A DNA stretch of 60,830 bases from a virus (lineage: Duplodnaviria; Caudoviricetes): positions 1 to 60,830 of the IMG/VR virus record IMGVR_UViG_3300032053_000074; one strand, written 5' to 3'. Both the position numbers and the translations under genes were made by a program. Below, one piece after another: positions 29,501 to 40,068 of this stretch. The notes under the pieces are model-generated. The model saw only the letters and a list, made by a program, of their open reading frames with translations. It was not told the DNA's origin and ran no database searches. Each line of letters opens with the position of its first letter. The first letter of the stretch is position 1.

Positions 29501-32500
29501 TTATATTGGACAACCTAGAGTAAAGCTCCATGCATCGCTTGAAGCTGGCGAGTACACATAAACTGTTGCATATCTATTGCTCGTGGTTTTTATAAAATCA
29601 CCAGTTCCTGATGGTGGTTCATAAATAGTTTCTGGAGGCAACCCTCGTAGCCTCAATGCATTATTCAATGCGGTTTGATAACTGGAAAGTCCTCTATATC
29701 CAGTATCAATCACGGTAACTCCATCATATACTACTATAAATTTATTTGGGATACTAATTGCCTCGAATGTTAATTCGACATATCCAGTCCCGGTACCTAA
29801 GTCAATTATATATGTTCCTGGGAAAAGATTACCAACACCGCTTATCAAAGTCCCACATGGATATGATATTACCGCAATTACAGACACAAATCCTACTTTA
29901 ATTTCGGTATCTGTATTAATGCCATTAATAGCTACTAAAGTTACTGTAAATGTTCCGTTTGTAGTATAGGTATGAGTTGGATTTGTGTCTGTACTAGTGT
30001 TTCCATCACCAAAATCCCATTGATATGAAATAGCATTGGTGCTTAAGTTTGTAAAGATTACTACAAGAGGAGATTCTCCGGTTAATATATTTGCTGAAAA
30101 ATCAGCATTTGGAAGTGTTGGATCTATTGGAACAATTGGTTCCATTGGCGCATAAGTTACACCATTTCCTGGGAAATGTCCAAGTTGAAAATCATCCATT
30201 ATATCTGGAATATAGTTTGGATTTGGCAAGTAATTAACAGGATAGTCACAAGTCGGGAGATTGATATATGAAACATTAAGTCCAATTTGGTTATTAATTG
30301 GAAGGGTTGATGTATCAAAATTACTAATAGAACTAGTATCAGTTCCAAAATCGCCATACAATAGAGATTGAGTCATTCTCATTAATGTTGTATTGGAATC
30401 ATGGGAATAGTGAGCCACTGTAAAATCATAAAAGAATACTGACCCGGTATTTACTTCACTATATATAGGTTTTACAGGATATTTTGGTCTTTCCAGAATA
30501 GATGGTTCAATCAATACCCCTACTAAAGCATTGTTACGTGCAGGTAGAACATTCTTTATTGAATCAAATACAGAACGATTGAAATATAATTTGTATAAAG
30601 TTATCAATTCATTAAATAATGTTCTGCTTCCACTTCCTTCATTTAATGATGTAGCATATTCTTTTCGATATATGTTTAATGATTGATAACTGTCCGCATA
30701 TTGATTATATGGATTGCCAATAATATCCATGAAATCTTGATTTCCGAAATATCTTACTACATCTTTGTTTTTAAAATCTTGTGGGTCTGCAAAAAATCCA
30801 ATTTGATTTGAATCGGGCGAGGTATTATTTCTTGGAGTATATGTAGAACGGGACTTGTCATCCAATCTAGTAGATATTGATTGGGTCACATAATGAACTT
30901 TCTCATTATTAAATTTATTTGGTCCATATTTAGAAATACCCCAAGTGCTAGGATAATCAATTATTTTGAATTGATATGGATAACATGATTGTGATACATT
31001 ACGACATGATGAAGTATTATATACCAACTCTTGTGATCCACTCCATGCTCCTTGATTTACCATCATATCCATATTAGCTGGATATGATTGATCTAAATAC
31101 TTGACCTGATTATTAAATGAATTAGAAGAATAAAATGGATTTGCATTTTGCCACTTACCAATCCAAGCAGTGGATGTTCCACTTAATCCATTATATCCAG
31201 GTGGGATTGTCCCTGGAGGAACCTGATGCATATCAAATGGATAATCTGTATGCATACGATAAATTAATGATTGATGTGCGGGGCGAGATCCACTGAAACT
31301 ATAAGCATTTATACTATTGACATAATCTTCATAATTACTATCTGTAATAGAATCATTCCATACCTGAAGTTTGTCCATCGCTCCAGTAAACCCCTGTCCA
31401 TTATGATACGAGAACCATCCTCCAAGCATCAAATATGAACCAGATGCTACAGTAGAAAATAAATAGTTAGTACTATAATCATACGAAACCTTGCTTGATG
31501 TTGACTGGATAATTTGACGCCCAAATTCGTTTCTTTGAACATATAAATCAAACTTACTTGGTACCGCATCTTGATTTATGTTATATTGAAATCCATCAGG
31601 GAATATATTCCTCCTGACCATGATGCTGTAAATATTACCGTCAAATAACGGAAATGCAGAACTAGTCATTTGAAATATTGCATTATCTATATGGCCAATT
31701 CTAAAGAAAATCTTGGCCATATTATGACCATTTTCACGAATAAATCCAACTGACCACTCTCCAGAACCAGAGATAGTATTATAAGCAGCACTACCACTAA
31801 CTAGTCCCATCAGTATTTGTTCTTTTCCATGAGTGTATACGGTAGCATCATCTACACAAACTTTGAGCAAAAATGTTTTACAATCAGATGAAAGATTTGT
31901 TCTGAAATAATCAAATACAGATGAGGTGTCCCATTGATACATATATGCTCTTTCATATGTTGTATATGCAGCTGTATCATCAGTATAATTAACTCCACCA
32001 TATTCACGTATACTCAATAAACTAGATGGAATACCATAACATGAGAGAATTGTTCGAACAGATTCCTCAGTTCCTTTTGTTTTATAAATTCTAGGTAAAT
32101 TTAAAAGAATACGATTACGAACTTCTTTCAATCGTTCTTCATCCGACATTTCCTTCAATCCATACTGTTGATTGGAAGTTAAATAATTTCCTATAAGTGT
32201 AGATTGCTCTATTGAATCTCCAAGATTCCACCCGAATGTTTCCAACATGTAATCTATAATACGCCGTGTAAATGCTTCAGTCGAGTTATGTCCAACTCTA
32301 CTTTCACCTGGCATACTCTTGATATAAATGTAAATCTCATCAAAGAAATGTCCTATCATAGATAAGAACGTAATATACTCGTCATTTGACGGATCTAATA
32401 AAATATGAGATGGGCAATTGTTGATCAAACTATCACGGTTATTCCTATCATAATAACTCGCTGAAGAATCCATTTCTGCAATATAACTCGAACTTATGAA

Positions 32501-34180
32501 TTGTCCATTAGTATAATTATAGTTTCCAGTTCTATACAGATATGATTCATATCCATCAAATGAATCTACAATATCATTTAATTGACTTTGGGCAGATTCA
32601 TATTCCTGTGTATAAAATGGGTATATGCTTGAACTTGCGGATATGAAATTCGTATTTTTTTGATTTAATACTTGAATAGATGCACTCAATGCCGACGAGT
32701 TTATTATCTTATTTTTGAATATCTTAATCCGAATTTCTGCGGACGAAAACACTACAAAGTTATTAAAATTTGTATAATCCAAATTTAATTCCGTTATATT
32801 TTTACTTACAACAACTTCTCTCTCCGTGGTACTATCGTTTAGTAAGTCGTTTGCGGTATATGATAAGTTTGTATTTGTCAAACTAGCATTAGGAATTGGG
32901 ATTGAAAAATCGGGAGGTCCAATAGTATGGACTATATTATTAATCGGATTCTTAATAATAGCATTGACAACATAGGGTGTAAATGATATGTTAGAAACCC
33001 AGCACAAACTCTGTATTGAAAAATTAATAGGCAACTCTGAATTTAATTTTACTAATAAGGTAAGTGGATCTTCCGGATTAACCCGCTCATCCATCATTCC
33101 GTGTGTGACAATAGGGAGTAATAGGTTATCTCCAAAATTCAAGGCATTTTTTAATGGAGAAAGGTATTTTTCTTTATATGATGTTCTTAATATATCTGAA
33201 GTTAACTGATAATAATATTTAGTAAAGAAATCGTATACAAATGCCTTTGCCTTAACATATGGGGGTAATGGATGAAGTCCAACTGGACTGAATTTTCTTT
33301 CTATTGATGCGGACACATATCCATTAAATGTATTATCTAAATCCGAAAAATCGACGATATTATCTGAATTGGATAATAGATAATTTTCAAAATAGGTATG
33401 AATACCTTGAATTCTAAATCCACTTCCACTATTATTTATTAATACCCCATTTTTAATTACAGGATTACTTATATGAATAATACTATCAGTATATAATGAC
33501 TGTAAAAACGTAACTACTTCTCCATCTGTAGTTAAGAAAAATATGGTCTTAATAATATTAATCTCATCTTTATATAACGGACTTATTCTATTGTAAATTT
33601 GATTACATAAACAATTTTGTACTGCGGATTGGTATAGTGGAGAAACATCTTTGAGTAACACTTTCTTATTTACGAATGCATCATAAGATTTGTTATGTCC
33701 ACTAATAGGGATCAATTTAATTTCCCGTCTTGATGGTGAAATATCTTTAATTACAAGAGGACTTGCAAAATTTCCGGCCATGTCTCGTGTAAAGTTATAA
33801 ACTAGAAAATAACTCCCATCAACAATTCCAAATGAAGATGATATTTGGTCATTTGGATTTACAAGTATCTTATCATTTTTATATAAAATAAAGTCACTTT
33901 GTAATTCTGTATAAGAATATGGAACTGAAATATCTACTGTATTCAAATAAGAAAGTTGAACGTCAATATATTTATTGGACTGAGTTATTACATTCCATCC
34001 AATAAAATTATTTGAACGATCCCATACCGAAAGTTCGATTGCATCATTAGGAGAATATCCATACCACAAGTCAGATGTGAATCCATTTACTAATAAGGAA
34101 TGCTCAGTACGATTCAAGTATGATGCCGTATTCAAACTAGAAGTATTGTCAGATACCATTTGATATGATGTAAATTCCAT
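29501..34180 (-). CDS. Large baseplate/tail structural protein with C-terminal PKD domain
   Basis: DYTNFNNFVVFSSAE.R, MIGHFFD, RILLNLP.IYKTKGT, CYGIP...L.IREYGG; PKD ADFS...SYQWDFGDG..S...NPTHTY. Confidence 0.8.
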   Translation of the reverse strand: MEFTSYQMVSDNTSSLNTASYLNRTEHSLLVNGFTSDLWYGYSPNDAIELSVWDRSNNFIGWNVITQSNKYIDVQLSYLNTVDISVPYSYTELQSDFILYKNDKILVNPNDQISSSFGIVDGSYFLVYNFTRDMAGNFASPLVIKDISPSRREIKLIPISGHNKSYDAFVNKKVLLKDVSPLYQSAVQNCLCNQIYNRISPLYKDEINIIKTIFFLTTDGEVVTFLQSLYTDSIIHISNPVIKNGVLINNSGSGFRIQGIHTYFENYLLSNSDNIVDFSDLDNTFNGYVSASIERKFSPVGLHPLPPYVKAKAFVYDFFTKYYYQLTSDILRTSYKEKYLSPLKNALNFGDNLLLPIVTHGMMDERVNPEDPLTLLVKLNSELPINFSIQSLCWVSNISFTPYVVNAIIKNPINNIVHTIGPPDFSIPIPNASLTNTNLSYTANDLLNDSTTEREVVVSKNITELNLDYTNFNNFVVFSSAEIRIKIFKNKIINSSALSASIQVLNQKNTNFISASSSIYPFYTQEYESAQSQLNDIVDSFDGYESYLYRTGNYNYTNGQFISSSYIAEMDSSASYYDRNNRDSLINNCPSHILLDPSNDEYITFLSMIGHFFDEIYIYIKSMPGESRVGHNSTEAFTRRIIDYMLETFGWNLGDSIEQSTLIGNYLTSNQQYGLKEMSDEERLKEVRNRILLNLPRIYKTKGTEESVRTILSCYGIPSSLLSIREYGGVNYTDDTAAYTTYERAYMYQWDTSSVFDYFRTNLSSDCKTFLLKVCVDDATVYTHGKEQILMGLVSGSAAYNTISGSGEWSVGFIRENGHNMAKIFFRIGHIDNAIFQMTSSAFPLFDGNIYSIMVRRNIFPDGFQYNINQDAVPSKFDLYVQRNEFGRQIIQSTSSKVSYDYSTNYLFSTVASGSYLMLGGWFSYHNGQGFTGAMDKLQVWNDSITDSNYEDYVNSINAYSFSGSRPAHQSLIYRMHTDYPFDMHQVPPGTIPPGYNGLSGTSTAWIGKWQNANPFYSSNSFNNQVKYLDQSYPANMDMMVNQGAWSGSQELVYNTSSCRNVSQSCYPYQFKIIDYPSTWGISKYGPNKFNNEKVHYVTQSISTRLDDKSRSTYTPRNNTSPDSNQIGFFADPQDFKNKDVVRYFGNQDFMDIIGNPYNQYADSYQSLNIYRKEYATSLNEGSGSRTLFNELITLYKLYFNRSVFDSIKNVLPARNNALVGVLIEPSILERPKYPVKPIYSEVNTGSVFFYDFTVAHYSHDSNTTLMRMTQSLLYGDFGTDTSSISNFDTSTLPINNQIGLNVSYINLPTCDYPVNYLPNPNYIPDIMDDFQLGHFPGNGVTYAPMEPIVPIDPTLPNADFSANILTGESPLVVIFTNLSTNAISYQWDFGDGNTSTDTNPTHTYTTNGTFTVTLVAINGINTDTEIKVGFVSVIAVISYPCGTLISGVGNLFPGTYIIDLGTGTGYVELTFEAISIPNKFIVVYDGVTVIDTGYRGLSSYQTALNNALRLRGLPPETIYEPPSGTGDFIKTTSNRYATVYVYSPASSDAWSFTLGCPI

Positions 34181-34181
34181 A

Positions 34182-34649
34182 TTAAATATTATCCTTTCTA
34201 ATAGGAGTGTATGGGAAAGATTCTGAAAAATCTGAATCTACTCTTCCCTGTCCTATTGTTTTACGAAGTTCTAATATAACTTCCTTTACTGCCATCTTAT
34301 CTGCTTCGGAGCTGGTGCTCTCACTAATGGAAATAATAGAATCTAATTGTGCTTTTAATGTTGTATTTTCTTCTTGTACAATATCCAACTTTGTTTGAAT
34401 ATTAGACTCCGCAACATTATCAACTACAGTGGATTCAATAATTTGTGGTATAAATTCTTCGAATTCAGTATTATATATCGTATTTATTTTGGAATCACCA
34501 TATATAATATTTCTAAGAGGAAATGCTATATACACTTGATTAAACTTAATAGATGAACTATCAAATGTAATATTCCCAACATTATCGAACTTATATACAT
34601 AAGTCCCATATTTTTGAAAATTATTTATTTCTTTTGAAAAATCGCTCAT
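34182..34649 (-). CDS. Hypothetical structural protein
   Basis: 155 aa, tightly packed in the operon. Confidence 0.6.
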   Translation of the reverse strand: MSDFSKEINNFQKYGTYVYKFDNVGNITFDSSSIKFNQVYIAFPLRNIIYGDSKINTIYNTEFEEFIPQIIESTVVDNVAESNIQTKLDIVQEENTTLKAQLDSIISISESTSSEADKMAVKEVILELRKTIGQGRVDSDFSESFPYTPIRKDNI

Positions 34650-34652
34650 ATT

Positions 34653-36884
34653 TTATCTAACAACTTTAAATGTTTTTCCGCAATCAATTGTATAAATTGA
34701 TGTCCCGTCTTCCACACGAATCAATACTTTATAATACCTATCTTGAGGAAGACTAGTTGTGTCGATAAAGAAATAATTTCCATATGGATATTCACATGAT
34801 ATCTTCGTGTATTCATCAAAATCCATTACTATTTCATCAGTCTCATTCTCTTTTAATGCATAATAAGATGATGTAGGTAGATATTCGGGTATAAGATATT
34901 GCACTTGCTGTGTGCTTTTTCCAAATTCTTTTAATGGAAATTGTTTTCTACCAAATACACCAATTTTAGCAATGTCACCTGCTTTATAAGTAGGGTTTGA
35001 ATTCTGTAAAGCAATACTAAATGGTCTTTGAGTATCCATTGGATAAATTATACTTGATGTAAAATCTACACTGCTAGTATAATCATATGATGACGTAGAT
35101 ACACTTCCTGTAATTTGAATGAGAAACGAATTTCCTACCAAATTTCCATTTATAAATTGACCGAAATAACTGGCACTTCCAGGTCCATCTAACGTGTAAG
35201 TTCCCAATGCTTTTCCGTTTACATAAGGACCCGTAATATATGCATAACCATATGTTCCAAAAATAGGAGGGAATGGTATTGTAACAAAAGAACCGGAAAA
35301 GGCATTAGATGTCCAAGGTCCATAAAGAAATGCATTCTCAAATTTAAAGTCTACATAATATGCAGTAAATACACTGCTGCTAAAAGGACCATTATAAAAT
35401 GACCCAGTTGCAGTTTGTGCAACGAACGAGTTTCCGCATAGTCCGGTCACAGTTGAGGATGATAAAGATACGGATGCAGATATAAGACCAAAAACAGGAA
35501 CTCCTATAATGTTACCACTCAAACCAAACCCATCTACAAATCCACTTGCAGATAAGTCTGATAACAATACACTCGCAGAGTAATTGTTATTAAGTATTAG
35601 AAATGCACTGGCAGAAAAATATCCGGCAACATATCCACTTCCATTATTAATTCCATTTCCGTTTAATCCTCCACTACCACTATCGTTAGCAGCATTACTG
35701 CTTGTGAAAAATACAGAAGACCCACTCACAATCATTGCATTATTTATTCCTGCAGTTACGTGTCCAAATGTTACACTTGACGTAACTATACTTCCGGTGG
35801 AAAGTGTGGAATCCGACCACATTACATCTAAATACGGAGAATAAATTGTATTGGTATCTCGTCCAAAGAAATTTAAAATATATCCAGACCCAGTAGGTAT
35901 TAATTCATCTGAACTAATAAAAATTATTCCTTCATTAGGAATACTACCACTCAACCATTTCATAACCATTGTAGTTATGTCCATGTCAATATCAGATGAT
36001 TCATAGTCGAAACTCTGTGAACACCAACTAGAAGTATACCACGTTCCTCCACCATATCCAAATACAGTAGTTAATAAAGATGGATCACTAATAAAATCTA
36101 TACCACTACGACTACTACTCAAAGATCCGGTGTACCATTGAGTTCCATAATTATTATCACGATATGTCCAACTTACTCCTGAATCAGACCCTCCATTTAC
36201 ACAATATCCATTTCCCATATTCCAACTTTGACTTATTGGGAATGCATATATCTTATAAGTTATCGGGAGATCATAATCATTACATGATTTCAGTTTAATT
36301 TCAAATTTAGGATTTACTATTGTTCCACTTGATATAGACGCTGATATAGCAGATAAGTCAAATTTTAGAAGTGCTCTATCAATAAATTGTGTATCAGTAG
36401 TCGTCCATATTTGTTCATTTCTTGTATCTGTTCCAGAACCAGTCCCTGTTAAGCAACCATCTGAACCTGTTAGTTGTCCGGTAAATATTCCAATATTATT
36501 AGAATTTATGATTGAACCTGATATGTATCCTATAATAAAGCTAGATGATACGCTCCCTACACTTCCACTCCCAATTAATGGAACTCCATCCACAGAACCA
36601 GAAAAATAAGATGCGGTAAATCCTAAATTACTTCCGGAAATACTTCCACTTGAAAAAACAATGTTGCCATCAAATGAACCGGTAAATATTCCAGTAAAAT
36701 ATGTTAGTCCCTGCCCTTGGAAAATAGCATCTACATAAACATAATCTCTGGTTGGACTCAACACTCGTTGTGGCACATTCTTGGTACCTACCTGAAGAAG
36801 TTCATCAATTCCAAAATTTTTGTCATCAAATCCACTTCTATTTGTTATGTAAGTATCTTTTGTAGGGAAAATGAAATGGTGCAT
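34653..36884 (-). CDS. Virion structural protein (DNRLRE-like scaffold with G/S-rich inserts)
   Basis: FPTKDTYI, RALLKFD, PISQSW.MG.G, TNTIYSPYL; long SGS-rich segments. Confidence 0.6.
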   Translation of the reverse strand: MHHFIFPTKDTYITNRSGFDDKNFGIDELLQVGTKNVPQRVLSPTRDYVYVDAIFQGQGLTYFTGIFTGSFDGNIVFSSGSISGSNLGFTASYFSGSVDGVPLIGSGSVGSVSSSFIIGYISGSIINSNNIGIFTGQLTGSDGCLTGTGSGTDTRNEQIWTTTDTQFIDRALLKFDLSAISASISSGTIVNPKFEIKLKSCNDYDLPITYKIYAFPISQSWNMGNGYCVNGGSDSGVSWTYRDNNYGTQWYTGSLSSSRSGIDFISDPSLLTTVFGYGGGTWYTSSWCSQSFDYESSDIDMDITTMVMKWLSGSIPNEGIIFISSDELIPTGSGYILNFFGRDTNTIYSPYLDVMWSDSTLSTGSIVTSSVTFGHVTAGINNAMIVSGSSVFFTSSNAANDSGSGGLNGNGINNGSGYVAGYFSASAFLILNNNYSASVLLSDLSASGFVDGFGLSGNIIGVPVFGLISASVSLSSSTVTGLCGNSFVAQTATGSFYNGPFSSSVFTAYYVDFKFENAFLYGPWTSNAFSGSFVTIPFPPIFGTYGYAYITGPYVNGKALGTYTLDGPGSASYFGQFINGNLVGNSFLIQITGSVSTSSYDYTSSVDFTSSIIYPMDTQRPFSIALQNSNPTYKAGDIAKIGVFGRKQFPLKEFGKSTQQVQYLIPEYLPTSSYYALKENETDEIVMDFDEYTKISCEYPYGNYFFIDTTSLPQDRYYKVLIRVEDGTSIYTIDCGKTFKVVR

Positions 36885-36898
36885 ATTTTTTATTTTTG

Positions 36899-38878
36899 TT
36901 AAATCGACGATCCACGTATATCACTATCAGGATATTTTATTTCCCAACAACTTGGGTCTACTGATGGATATATAATACCATTTTTAGTTGCAGATTCTAT
37001 ATCATATTCTACTGAAGAATAATTTCCATCTAGTGCAGTCTTATTATATACTGTTACATCTACAATTGATTGAACTCCATCCACCTTTGCAATTTCAAGA
37101 TTTAATTGACTTAAATTTATTGGCTGTGAAAAGCTCCAATTGTCAATATTAAAAAAATCTTGTACCGCTTTGATGCATGATGATAATGTCTCCTTTTTGT
37201 TAAATCCTTTGTAAATAGTAATTGTAAAATTAACCCCTAAATTAATGATATATCCATCTATTACATTAACGCCATCGGTAAGCATACGGAATTGCTTCAA
37301 GTGTGTTATAAGATTGGTTATTAATGCATTATTTGGACGAGTGAGATTTTTAGATGAATCATACGCAAGTGCATATATATTAATCGCAAAGGGATTTGTA
37401 GAATCATATGCAATATGTCTAAAATAGTTGGAATTGCTATTATCGACTACTGTAGCATTGTTATTCTGGTCAATAGTTCCGAGTAACATTTTATTAACAC
37501 CCACCTGTAAATTTGTATTTGTTACAACTTGAGATTTAGCAATTGAACCAAATCTTGATGGAAGAGAATGAATTCTGACTAAATAATCGTTTTGCGTAAC
37601 TGCTCTACTTTGAGCTGCAAAATTTGCCATGGAATTTAATTTTATTTCTTCATCTGTTTCCGCATCCTTTCCTCCAGTGCAAGGTGAAATATTAGATACC
37701 TTCAATGAATTTTTTACAGTATTTAATAAACTTATTTGCTCAGGCAATAATCCTTCGGATGAATTTTCAAACTCCGCACTTACAATTGTTCTAATCTCGT
37801 CTGCTTGACAATTACTTACCAATCCTCCTCCTACTAAATATCGAATAGTTAAAGTTGTATTAGCTGGTGCTCTCCCATAATTTTCATTTTTTAAAAATGA
37901 AGATGGATCAAGTGGAACATTAACATTACTCAAGTTTGTTAATCCAACATTAATAAGATTAGAATCAAATGTAACGATTTCATCATCAGTTCCATTAATT
38001 CCTGCTCCAAATTGAATTTTTGTTACATTATTTTCATTAACCATAGTAATGAATCTTCGGGAAGTTTTTAAAAACTTTAAAATATATGGTACTGAATCCT
38101 TATACTTGCTAAGTGTCCCCTCAAATTGTGAATCATTTGGAATAGCAATTGGAACCAACTCTTGTGCTAAATAATCAGACTCATACCATTTGTTATTGTC
38201 AGAGTCAACTATATCAAGTATTCCAATAACATTGTCTTCATCTAAATTTATTTCATAGAATAAAGAAGGTTCGGCTACAACGACTTGTTTAGTATAAACT
38301 TGACCAGCACTTACGCTACCTTGCTTTTGAAGCAGGAAAAATTGTGGAGTTCCATCTGGATTACGTGAATAAACAGTATCAACTCTTGTTGAGATAGATG
38401 AACTTATTGAAAAATCAATGCCTTGTGAAAGAATATAATATGACCCTCCATTACTAGATAGTTGACTATTTTCCTTTACTGAAAGCATATAGTCTGGGTC
38501 TGGATAATAATCACCGTAACCATCATCTGTGGAGGGACATAGTTGAAACATATTAACTTCACCCACGGATGGTCTACTTGGTTTTACTTTATATCCAAGA
38601 TATCCTGCTAAATTTATGATATTTTTTCGTTCAGTTGCACTTAATATCAATCCTTCTTTAAAAGCATAATCCGTATAATAACTTAAAATATCACCTACAT
38701 ACGCCACTTGTTCCATAAACATCATACCAGGAGATGCCGCCGAAAAATCGGTATATGTATTTGGGTAATACGTCTTACTGAAATTAATAAGAGATTCACG
38801 TAATTGTGAAAAATCACGATTTATGTAGCGAATTTCTTTACTGTTTGGTAAAAAGCTCTTCTGGATATTGCTGCTCAT
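36899..38878 (-). CDS. Baseplate wedge protein (T4 gp6 / baseplate J-like)
   Basis: YINRDF, SPGMMFME..AYVGDILSYY, IQFG.G, GG.D.ET.EEI, Q.RAVT..DY. Confidence 0.88.
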   Translation of the reverse strand: MSSNIQKSFLPNSKEIRYINRDFSQLRESLINFSKTYYPNTYTDFSAASPGMMFMEQVAYVGDILSYYTDYAFKEGLILSATERKNIINLAGYLGYKVKPSRPSVGEVNMFQLCPSTDDGYGDYYPDPDYMLSVKENSQLSSNGGSYYILSQGIDFSISSSISTRVDTVYSRNPDGTPQFFLLQKQGSVSAGQVYTKQVVVAEPSLFYEINLDEDNVIGILDIVDSDNNKWYESDYLAQELVPIAIPNDSQFEGTLSKYKDSVPYILKFLKTSRRFITMVNENNVTKIQFGAGINGTDDEIVTFDSNLINVGLTNLSNVNVPLDPSSFLKNENYGRAPANTTLTIRYLVGGGLVSNCQADEIRTIVSAEFENSSEGLLPEQISLLNTVKNSLKVSNISPCTGGKDAETDEEIKLNSMANFAAQSRAVTQNDYLVRIHSLPSRFGSIAKSQVVTNTNLQVGVNKMLLGTIDQNNNATVVDNSNSNYFRHIAYDSTNPFAINIYALAYDSSKNLTRPNNALITNLITHLKQFRMLTDGVNVIDGYIINLGVNFTITIYKGFNKKETLSSCIKAVQDFFNIDNWSFSQPINLSQLNLEIAKVDGVQSIVDVTVYNKTALDGNYSSVEYDIESATKNGIIYPSVDPSCWEIKYPDSDIRGSSI

Positions 38879-38967
38879 GTCTATAAATATCAATACATTT
38901 GTATTTTATCACAACGATATAACAAGAACTTTTTATATACTAAAAACAAAGAGAGTTTCTATCAATC

Positions 38968-39390
38968 CTATACTTTATTATTATTCATCATAATCTCAAC
39001 GACATCGGACTGATTTATTGAATCAATGGTGAATTTAACTATAATGTATAACTTATAGATATCTCTCAGGTTGGTGCTCGTATCATCTTCTAGGTATTTA
39101 ACTTCAACCGAATTTACGGATACACCTGGTATCCATTTAGATATATCTTCTCTAACTATATTCCCAACTTTATCAGAGATGAAATCGTCATTAGGTTCAA
39201 ATACAAGATTCCATAAGCGACATCCAAATGTAGGATTCATTCTTCTTTCCCCAGGAACAGTTCGTATAAGATTAATAATATTCATCCTATATGCAGTAAA
39301 ACTATCAGTGGATTGATCGAAATATCCACTAACATTTCCACTTTGTATAGGAAGATTTAATCCTATAGGGGTGTTCTTGATTATAGGCAT
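38968..39390 (-). CDS. Baseplate wedge subunit (gp25/GPW family)
   Basis: NIINL..T..GERRMNPTFGC.L..LVFEP...I..WIP.V. Confidence 0.9.
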   Translation of the reverse strand: MPIIKNTPIGLNLPIQSGNVSGYFDQSTDSFTAYRMNIINLIRTVPGERRMNPTFGCRLWNLVFEPNDDFISDKVGNIVREDISKWIPGVSVNSVEVKYLEDDTSTNLRDIYKLYIIVKFTIDSINQSDVVEIMMNNNKV

Positions 39391-39391
39391 C

Positions 39392-40051
39392 TTATATTTT
39401 CCCTCGTTTTTTATCAATAAGCTTAAGCATTTGAGAATAATTTCTGGTTAAAGCATGTTTTAATGCTGGAGGTGCTTGTACTTGATTTACTATATCTAAA
39501 GCAGAAACTCCTTCGTTAAGCATTGGCATTGGGGCATGATTACTTTCTTCTCCATCAACCAATCTCTTAGGTTTACTTATTGGAATTGATGGAGTATTTT
39601 TCATGAATGAAGATTCTTCCACTGCTTCACTAGCAACCATTGGACTCATACTTACTGATGGAGAATATCCCCCTTGATATGCCGCTGCGCCCACCAATCT
39701 TTCACGAGAACCAAGATCCGAAGTTGTTTCATTTAAAATTTGGTTAAGTATTGGATTTTTAGTAAAATGTCTAGGTGCTCTAGGTTGAGAAACCTCAGAT
39801 GGTTCCTTCATGACAGGAGTTCCGGCAAATAATTCTCTTAAAGATGTCTTTAAATTTATTGGATCATCAATAGATTCATCTATTTTCTTAATATGTGGAT
39901 TTTCCGCAACATTTCGTTGTTCTGTTACAACAGATTTCCCCATCATATTCTGAAAGGTTTCTGCTATTATAGAAGGAAGTTTTTTTCGAACTTCTCGTTC
40001 TACCAAATGTTCAATTATCTGTGTGAGTTGTGTGAGTTCTGATTTCTTCAT
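39392..40051 (-). CDS. Hypothetical protein
   Basis: MKK.EL...I..LV..EV, LNQILNET, ALTRNYS.MLK. Confidence 0.6.
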   Translation of the reverse strand: MKKSELTQLTQIIEHLVEREVRKKLPSIIAETFQNMMGKSVVTEQRNVAENPHIKKIDESIDDPINLKTSLRELFAGTPVMKEPSEVSQPRAPRHFTKNPILNQILNETTSDLGSRERLVGAAAYQGGYSPSVSMSPMVASEAVEESSFMKNTPSIPISKPKRLVDGEESNHAPMPMLNEGVSALDIVNQVQAPPALKHALTRNYSQMLKLIDKKRGKI

Positions 40052-40068
40052 ATATATAAATATGGTTA

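Noticed and set aside
29492-29531. Programmed frameshift joining the 1559-aa ORF to the next ORF
   Set aside because: No clear slippery sequence; the downstream ORF has its own AAGGA and ATG at 29492.
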